From Polyangiales bacterium (GTDB lineage Bacteria > Myxococcota_A > Polyangia > Polyangiales > Ga0077539), in assembly GCA_044229975.1 (NCBI GenBank), contig JBGARZ010000015.1, positions 64,001 to 128,000 on the forward strand: DNA of 64,000 nt. The letters run 5' to 3'. Positions 57,669 to 64,000 of this stretch are shown here, piece after piece; position 1 is the stretch's first letter, and every line of letters starts with the position of its first letter. Both the position numbers and the translations under genes were made by a program. The notes beneath the pieces were generated by a model. It worked only from the letters and a program-made list of their open reading frames with translations. It was not told the origin of the DNA and did no database searches.

Positions 57669-59329
57669 CGCCGCGCCGCCTCGAACTCTCGCAGTGACTT
57701 CAGCCGCGCCCGCAGCTCCGGCGGGTCGAGCAGCTCGCCCGGGTGCCACCGCGAGACCGTCGCCGCCGCGTCGAGGTCGGCCTCGGCCGCGTCGCACAGC
57801 GCGATGCGCGCCGCGAGCGCCATGCGCTTGGAGCGCACCAGCGGGATGCACACCTCGGCGTAGAGCCCGGCGCTCACCAGCGCGCGACCGAGCACCCGCA
57901 CGCTCTCCACCGACCACCCCTCACCGTGCTGCGCCTCGAAGGCGCCGGCGAGGGCGCGCACGCCAGGCGTCCCCGCTTCGATGCAGAGCGGGGCGAGCTG
58001 CGACTCGACGAAGCCGCCGGAGAGCTCGGCCCACCGCGAGCTGAGCGCCGCCGCGAGCTCGGGGCGCATCTCCGGGGGGAGGGAGGCGAGCAGCACCGGG
58101 AGCGCCGGCCGAGGGACGAGGGACATCAGCGGGGCGAGCAGCGCCGCGACGCCGTCGCGCTCGGCGAGCAGCGAGCCGAGGGCGTGGGCCTCGGGCGGCC
58201 GCAGCGTGGGGATGTCGAGCAGCGCGAGGAAGCGCGCCACGCCCAGCGACGTGACGATGCGCACGGCGATGTCGACGCAGGCGGTGTCCGTGGCGGCGCC
58301 GTCGAGCAGGGCGTGGCCGATGCGCGACGCGAGCTCGGGTGAGACCGCCGCGAGGAGGTTGGCGAGCACCCGGTGGCCTTCGGGGTCGTGGGCGAGGGCG
58401 CGCACCGCGGTGACCGGGAGGCCGGGGTCTTCGAGGTCGCGCAGCACGCGGCGCGCAAAGGGGTCGTTGCGGCGCACGCTGGAGGCGAGGAGGTCGACCA
58501 CGTCGACGTCGAAGTGGTCGCGCAGCGCGACGGCGAGCTGGCGGGCGAGGGCGTCGGGGGCGTAGTCGGTCTGCAACGCGGGGATCGCGATGATGGCCGT
58601 GGCCTCGCAGAGGTCCCACCGGGCGATGGCCTCGCAGTGGTAGCGGAGCGAGGCGCGCAGGGCCTCGTGCATGGCGGGCGGCGAGTCGTCGACCTCGGAC
58701 TCCAGCGAGGCGTCGAACTCCTCGCGCGTCGAGACGGCGTCGAGGTCGAGCGCGGCGAGCTCCACGGAGCCGGGCTCCAGCGCCTGCACGCCCGCGAGGC
58801 GCACCGCGACCAGGCCGCTTTCGAGGAAGCCGTCGGGGGCCACCACCGCGTCGGGCAGCGCGGTCTCCATGGACTCCATGAAGCTCGTCTGGAGCTCGAC
58901 CTCGAAGCCCGTCGCCGCGCCGCCGCCCCAGAGCCAGTCGCGGAAGCGTTCGAGCGAGGAGACCTCGGGCTCGCAGCGCGCGATCTCCTCGGCGAAGCTG
59001 CACAGCTCCTGGAGGGAGACCGTCTCGCGCGGCGTGACGAGCCGCAGCCCCGCCATGAACGCCGGGAGCAGCCATCGCACTTCTTCGGTGTCACCGCCGA
59101 GGGCGATGTGTTCGCGCACGAAGAGCTCGGTCGCCCCGAAGCGGATGGGGGTGCGGTCGAGGGCGAACCAAGCGTCCCGCAGACGCTGGGCTGCGACATC
59201 GATGGCAGACCCGTGGGTGCGCGCCGTCCGCACCAGCGAGTCGAGCGCGCGACCGAGGGTACGAACGTCCTTCGGCGACACGCCTGGGAGTGTACCGGAC
59301 ACCTTGAAGGTGGAGGATGGTGAACTCAC
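57665..59329 (-). CDS. Hypothetical helical-repeat (HEAT-like) protein
   Basis: Leu/Ala-rich helical C-terminal half; ATGA overlap with the downstream gene. Confidence 0.6.
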   Translation of the reverse strand: MSSPSSTFKVSGTLPGVSPKDVRTLGRALDSLVRTARTHGSAIDVAAQRLRDAWFALDRTPIRFGATELFVREHIALGGDTEEVRWLLPAFMAGLRLVTPRETVSLQELCSFAEEIARCEPEVSSLERFRDWLWGGGAATGFEVELQTSFMESMETALPDAVVAPDGFLESGLVAVRLAGVQALEPGSVELAALDLDAVSTREEFDASLESEVDDSPPAMHEALRASLRYHCEAIARWDLCEATAIIAIPALQTDYAPDALARQLAVALRDHFDVDVVDLLASSVRRNDPFARRVLRDLEDPGLPVTAVRALAHDPEGHRVLANLLAAVSPELASRIGHALLDGAATDTACVDIAVRIVTSLGVARFLALLDIPTLRPPEAHALGSLLAERDGVAALLAPLMSLVPRPALPVLLASLPPEMRPELAAALSSRWAELSGGFVESQLAPLCIEAGTPGVRALAGAFEAQHGEGWSVESVRVLGRALVSAGLYAEVCIPLVRSKRMALAARIALCDAAEADLDAAATVSRWHPGELLDPPELRARLKSLREFEAARR

Positions 59330-59372
59330 CCGAGGGAGTGGTGTCTTGGTCGCGGAGGGGGGTGAGAGGGGT

Positions 59373-61727
59373 CTAACGGTCGAGGCCGACGCCCGACCGG
59401 ATGAGTTGGAGCTGCTCTCGCACCACCGCGCGGAGGTTGCGCAGGTTGAAGGGCTTCTCGATGAGGGCGTTGGGGGCCTTGTCGAAGAACGACCTCGCCT
59501 TCGGCGTGAAGGTCCCGCCGGTCACGAAGATCATGCGCGCCTGCTGGTCGGGCGCCGAGCGGCCCACCTCGGCGTACAGCTCGATGCCCGTCATCTGCGG
59601 CATCATCACGTCGCACAGGATGACGTCGTAGCGCTCGCCCGCGCCGATGAGGGTGAGGGCCTCGCGCCCGCTCTCCACCACCGTCACCTCGTGCTCGCGC
59701 TCCAGCACCCGGCGCAGGGTGGTGCCCACGAGCGGGTCGTCGTCGACGACGAGGATGCGCCCCTCGCGGCGACTCTGATCCTTCGCCTGCGTGGGGACGA
59801 TCTTGGGCTCCACCTCGATGACGACGCCGGGCAGCGCGACGGTGAAGGTCGACCCGCGGCCCGGGTCGCTCTCGAAGGTGATCTGTCCGCCGAGGGCCGT
59901 CACGATGCCGTGGCAGATGGAGAGCCCGAGCCCCGCGCCGCGGCCCACCGGGCGCGTCGTATAGAACGGATCGAAGATGTGGTCGCGGTGCTCGGCCGCG
60001 ATGCCCGAGCCGCTGTCGTGCACCTCGACGAACACCTGCCCCGCGGCGTTGGTGCGCGTCACGAGGCGGATGGTGTGCCGGTCGGCGTGGCCCTCGGGGA
60101 TGGACTGCACGGCGTTGATGAGGAGGTTGATGAACACCTGCCCGAGGCGCGCCTCGTCGGCCTCCACCGCGGGCACCCACTGGTAGTCGCGCACGACGCG
60201 GGCGCGGTGCTTGAGCTCGTGGGCCACCATGCTCACCGAGAGGTCGAGCACGCTGTGCACGTCGAGGCGCACGCGCTGCTCCTCGTCGCCGCGCGCGAAG
60301 GTCTTGAGCCCGCGCACGATGCGCCGGACCTTCTCGGCCCCCTGCCGCCCCTCGCGGACGAGGTCTTCGAGGTCGCGCAGCCGGTCGGGCGGCAGCGAGC
60401 CCGAGAAGCCGCGCACCTCCTCGGCGATGAGGTCGAGGTTGGCCGTGACGTACGCCAGCGGGTTGTTGATCTCGTGCGCGACGCCGGAGGCCAGCGTGCC
60501 CACGGAGGCCATGCGGTCGTTGAGCAGGAGCTGCGACTGCACCTGCTTGCGCTCGGTGATGTCCGCCACCGAGCCGATGTACCCGAGCACGTTGCCCACG
60601 TCGTCGCGGAGGGTCACCGCGCTCCCGAGGATCCACACCGTGCGACCGTCGGCGGAGAGGTAGCGGTACTCGAGCGAGAACTCCTTGCCCAGGCGCTCGC
60701 ACTCGGCCCACGCCTCGATGACCGTCTGTCGATCGTCGGGGTGGATCACCATGTCCCACGGGCGGCCCACCATCTGTTCGAGGGTGTACCCGGTCATCTG
60801 GCACCACCGCTCGTTGACGAAGGTGTACGTGAACCCAGGGCCCGTCTCGAACATCCCGATGGGGATGTGCCGCGCGAGGGCCTGCGCCCGCCGCTCGCTC
60901 TCGCGCAGCGCCCGCTCGGTCGCCCGCTGCGTCGTGACGTCCTGCACCTGCGCGACGAAGTGCCGCGGCGCGCCGTCCCTCGTGTACGCCATCGACACCT
61001 GGACGGAGACCTCCACGATGCCGCCGTTTTTGTGGTGGTAGCGCTTGGAGCGCTCGTACCGGCGAATCTCCCCGGAGAGCACCCGCGCCATCCGCTCCAT
61101 GTCCCCGGCGACGTCGTCGGGGTGGGTGATGTCCCGGAAGGTCATCCCCAGCAGCTCGTCGTTGGTGTAGCCGACCATGTCGCAGAGGGCCTGGTTCACC
61201 TTGAGCCAACGGCCGTGCAGGTCGCACATCGCCATGCCGATGGCCGCGTGCTCGAAGGTGAGCCGAAACAGCTCCTCGGCGTCGCGCAGCTGGTCGGCCT
61301 GCGCGCGGCGGGCGGTGACGTCGCGGCCCAGCACCCCGACCGCCTCCCGCCCCTCGTAGCGCACCGGCACCACGATGTTGTCGAGGTAGACCACCGACCC
61401 GTCGACGCGCAGACAGCGGGTCTCCACCGGCCCCACCGCGGCGTTGGTCGCCTGCACGTGACCGATGCGCTCGATCACCTCGGCGTGGTCGTCGGGGTGG
61501 ATCACCTCCATGCTGCGCCGGCCCAGCAGCGGCCGCTCGGGCGAGTCACCCACCAGCGCGCTGAGCGCAGGGTTCACGTACACGAAGCGCCCCTCGACGA
61601 TCACCGCGCCCGGCTCGGAGCGTCGCTCCATGAGCTCACGAAAGGGCGCGTCGGTGTGCCCGGCGCCCCCGCTGTCCTTCGACCCCGCGGGCTCGTCGGC
61701 CCCTCCGTCGTTGCTGTGTGGGCTCAC
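59373..61727 (-). CDS. PAS-PAS-PAS hybrid histidine kinase with receiver domain
   Basis: Three HPDD PAS domains; AHEINNPL H-box; NLLINA, DSGSGI, FDPFYTT, GLGL; ILVVDDD...CDVMMP...KPF. Confidence 0.95.
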   Translation of the reverse strand: MSPHSNDGGADEPAGSKDSGGAGHTDAPFRELMERRSEPGAVIVEGRFVYVNPALSALVGDSPERPLLGRRSMEVIHPDDHAEVIERIGHVQATNAAVGPVETRCLRVDGSVVYLDNIVVPVRYEGREAVGVLGRDVTARRAQADQLRDAEELFRLTFEHAAIGMAMCDLHGRWLKVNQALCDMVGYTNDELLGMTFRDITHPDDVAGDMERMARVLSGEIRRYERSKRYHHKNGGIVEVSVQVSMAYTRDGAPRHFVAQVQDVTTQRATERALRESERRAQALARHIPIGMFETGPGFTYTFVNERWCQMTGYTLEQMVGRPWDMVIHPDDRQTVIEAWAECERLGKEFSLEYRYLSADGRTVWILGSAVTLRDDVGNVLGYIGSVADITERKQVQSQLLLNDRMASVGTLASGVAHEINNPLAYVTANLDLIAEEVRGFSGSLPPDRLRDLEDLVREGRQGAEKVRRIVRGLKTFARGDEEQRVRLDVHSVLDLSVSMVAHELKHRARVVRDYQWVPAVEADEARLGQVFINLLINAVQSIPEGHADRHTIRLVTRTNAAGQVFVEVHDSGSGIAAEHRDHIFDPFYTTRPVGRGAGLGLSICHGIVTALGGQITFESDPGRGSTFTVALPGVVIEVEPKIVPTQAKDQSRREGRILVVDDDPLVGTTLRRVLEREHEVTVVESGREALTLIGAGERYDVILCDVMMPQMTGIELYAEVGRSAPDQQARMIFVTGGTFTPKARSFFDKAPNALIEKPFNLRNLRAVVREQLQLIRSGVGLDR

Positions 61728-62003
61728 GCGACTCCTGCCGTTGCTTGTCGTTCGAAGACTCTCGACACCCTATGGCCCGCCGTCGGTCCTCGACCCGGTC
61801 GACGGAAGGCTCTCCGTACTCGTACCAGAAGCAGACCGCCGATGGTGGGCACTCGTACTGCCATCATCGGTCGCCGGGCGCATTCCCTTGAGCCCCCCGG
61901 TGAGTCAGCATCATTGACGCCGTGTCCATTATAGTGAAGGCTCCGTCACGTCCATCGAAGCGCTCCATCGGACGAGCGGCTCCAGACGTCCGAGGTCGTC
62001 ACC

Positions 62004-62432
62004 ATGTTCACCGATCGCCACGCCTTCGCCCTGCTGGGCGGCGCCCTCATCGGCGCGAGCGCCTCGCTGTTGCTGGTCTTCAACGGCCGCGTCGCGGGCA
62101 TCAGCAGCATCCTCGCCGGGGCCATGCACCCGCACGACCCCGACGCCCGCTGGCGGTGGACCTTCCTCGCCGGACTCCTGTTCGGCGCGCTGCTGTTGCG
62201 CACCTTCGCGTCCTCAGCGGTCTCCGCGCCGCACACGCCCATCGCGCTGGCGTTGTTGTCGGGGGTGCTGGTGGGTGTCGGCACCCGCATGAGCGGCGGC
62301 TGCACCAGCGGTCACGGCGTGTGCGGCATCAGCCGCGGGTCGACGCGCTCGGTCGCGGCGACGGTGACCTTCATGGCGACGGGCGCGCTGTCGACCTGGG
62401 TCGTCTATCACCTGCTCGGGGTGGCGCGATGA
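62004..62432 (+). CDS. YeeE/YedE-family sulfur transport membrane protein, subunit 1
   Basis: GRVAGISS; GGCTSGHGVCG. Confidence 0.92.
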   Translation: MFTDRHAFALLGGALIGASASLLLVFNGRVAGISSILAGAMHPHDPDARWRWTFLAGLLFGALLLRTFASSAVSAPHTPIALALLSGVLVGVGTRMSGGCTSGHGVCGISRGSTRSVAATVTFMATGALSTWVVYHLLGVAR

Positions 62433-62833
62433 AGCCGGGGCTGGTGGCCTTCGCGGCGGGCCTGCTCTTCGCCCTGGGTCTCGGGCTGTCGGGCATGACC
62501 AACCCCGACAACGTGCTGGCCTTCCTCGACGTGACGGGGCGGTGGGACCCGAGCCTCGCGCTGGTGATGGGCGGCGCCATCGGGGTGCACTTCTTCTTCG
62601 CGCAGCGGGCGCGTCGCGGCGGGGCGCCCGTCTACGCGCCGCGGTACTCGATGCTCCCGCCGCCGGTCATCGACCGGAAGCTCGTCGCGGGGGCGGCGAT
62701 CTTCGGGCTGGGCTGGGGCGTCGCGGGCTTCTGCCCGGGGCCGGGGCTGGTGTCGCTGGTGTCGCTGTCGCCCGCGACGCTGGCCTTCGTCGGCGCGATG
62801 GCCGCGACCATGGTCGTGTACGACCGGGTCTGA
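62429..62833 (+). CDS. YeeE/YedE-family sulfur transport membrane protein, subunit 2
   Basis: SGMTNP..VLAFLD..WDPSL; FGLGWGVAGFCPGP. Confidence 0.92.
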   Translation: MKPGLVAFAAGLLFALGLGLSGMTNPDNVLAFLDVTGRWDPSLALVMGGAIGVHFFFAQRARRGGAPVYAPRYSMLPPPVIDRKLVAGAAIFGLGWGVAGFCPGPGLVSLVSLSPATLAFVGAMAATMVVYDRV

Positions 62834-62836
62834 CGG

Positions 62837-63247
62837 GTGCGCCTCGTCATCGACACCAACGTCATCGTCGCCGCGCTGCTCAACCCCGGTCGCACGCCCG
62901 ACCGCGCGCTCGCGGCGGTGCTCGCCCGCGGCGACACGATCCTGCACGACGCTCGCCTCGTGGAGGAGTACCGCGACGTCATGGCGCGCCCGAAGTTTCG
63001 CCGCGTCGACCCCGCTCGCACCGACGCCCTGCTCGCCTCGCTGCTCGGTCGCGGGGAAGACCTCGGCGTCGTCGCACCGTGGGCCGGCGCGCTGCTCGAC
63101 GCGGACGATCGGGCCTTCGTGGAGGTGGCGCTCGCGGGCCGCGCCGACGCCGTGGTCACCGGCAACACGCGGCACTACCCGACCGACCTCGCGTTCGAGG
63201 TGCTCTCGCCCGCCGAGCTGATCGCCCGCTTCGAGGCCGCCTACTGA
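62837..63247 (+). CDS. PIN-domain nuclease (TIGR00305-like putative toxin)
   Basis: VIDTNV, EEY, DADDRAF, VTGNTRHYP. Confidence 0.9.
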   Translation: MRLVIDTNVIVAALLNPGRTPDRALAAVLARGDTILHDARLVEEYRDVMARPKFRRVDPARTDALLASLLGRGEDLGVVAPWAGALLDADDRAFVEVALAGRADAVVTGNTRHYPTDLAFEVLSPAELIARFEAAY

Positions 63248-64000
63248 CCGTCGACGATGGCCCGCACGAAGGCGTCGTAGCCGTCCTTCATGGGCAGCTC
63301 GTCGAGGACCGTGAGCTGCGCGCGCGAGCGCAGCACCTCGGCGCCGGTGCGGGGGTCGACCCCGGTGCTCGGGACGTCCACCCAGCGCAGCCCGATGCCT
63401 CGCTTCTGCCACGCGGGGACGTCGTTGAAGTTGATGCCGTGTTGGAAGAGCAGCTCGTTGCGCGCGGCGACCGAGACGCCATTGAGCCGCTGCGTGGCGG
63501 CGTGGTCGTCGAGGCCCTGGCCGCGCAGCAACCAATAGCAGTGGCCGTTGAGGGCGTTGCGGTGGGCGTCCTCGTAGCGCCAGCGGAAGTAGTCCACCAC
63601 GTCGTCGGTGGTGGGGAGCTGCGAGATGCGGCAGTCGAAGGCCGCGACGGAGCCCAGGCGCACCGAAAACGCCGCGCTCGCTTCGCCCGCGAGCACCGAG
63701 AGCAGCTTGCGGAGCTTGCGCCCGAAGAGGGCGTCGTCGCGCCGCAGCAGCACCGACATCTCGTCGCTCTGGGTGTAGCCGTAGAGCGCGCCGAAGCCGC
63801 AGCCCATGACGTGCTGTAGCGTCGCCACCATGTGGTCGCGGAAGCGCTCGTCGTAGGGCGCGTCGAACTTCTGGGCGACGCGCGTGAGGTGCGAAAACGA
63901 TCGCCCGTCGATGCGCGCGACCATGTGCACGCCGGGCAGCACGCAGTGGTCGTGGGCGGTCTCGTAGACGCGCATCCGTCGATCGAGCTGCTCGAACTTC
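63241..64000 (-). CDS. Thg1-like protein (tRNA-His guanylyltransferase / 3'-5' polymerase); start just outside the window
   Basis: RIDGRSF, YTQSDEMS, FDCR, YFRWR, RNALN, GINFNDVPAWQKRG; frame is open to the window edge. Confidence 0.93.
   Translation of the reverse strand, partial: KFEQLDRRMRVYETAHDHCVLPGVHMVARIDGRSFSHLTRVAQKFDAPYDERFRDHMVATLQHVMGCGFGALYGYTQSDEMSVLLRRDDALFGRKLRKLLSVLAGEASAAFSVRLGSVAAFDCRISQLPTTDDVVDYFRWRYEDAHRNALNGHCYWLLRGQGLDDHAATQRLNGVSVAARNELLFQHGINFNDVPAWQKRGIGLRWVDVPSTGVDPRTGAEVLRSRAQLTVLDELPMKDGYDAFVRAIVDGQ

Noticed and set aside
58671..61934. 1087-aa plus-strand ORF and similar long ORFs (25870-28848, 48724-51372, 5106-7232)
   Set aside because: They are antisense shadows of motif-bearing genes, expected at this GC content.
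61905..61940. Sigma70 promoter TTGACG...TATAGT upstream of the YeeE/YedE genes
   Set aside because: Spacing is about 10 bp instead of 16-18, so it is not supportable as a canonical promoter.

Overview
Very GC-rich, gene-dense window. The gene content (several Hanks-type Ser/Thr kinases, a MYXO-CTERM-like tail, Cys-rich lipoproteins, PEGA and FG-GAP proteins) suggests a Myxococcota (Polyangia-like) genome; that is inference. About 50 genes are supported. No rRNA, tRNA, CRISPR array or transposase was recognised. Main points of interest: (1) a bacterial teneurin-like RHS polymorphic toxin locus (3.76-11.1 kb) broken into three reading frames, ending in an AT-richer toxin tip I cannot assign, followed by two paralogous candidate immunity genes; (2) a dispersed family of intergenic inverted-repeat elements built on GCCGCAAGG(G/A)CGCAAGGGTCGCAAGG (three complete copies and one half copy). 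One copy has perfect 64-bp arms ending in CTAG plus an internal 76-bp tandem duplication, and two others share a homologous 30-nt internal core in opposite orientations; (3) a PtuA/PtuB (Septu-like) ATPase-HNH pair with a degenerate HNH and no reverse transcriptase in view, next to a kinase-STAND-TPR plus patatin pair; (4) a LysR / FAD oxidase / PhlG-like hydrolase cassette; (5) a helical-repeat protein / degenerate HD-GYP / kinase operon; (6) an orphan PIN nuclease converging on a Thg1-like 3'-5' polymerase. Four frame disruptions could be real decay or sequencing/assembly errors. All family assignments come from recognising motifs by eye, not from database searches.
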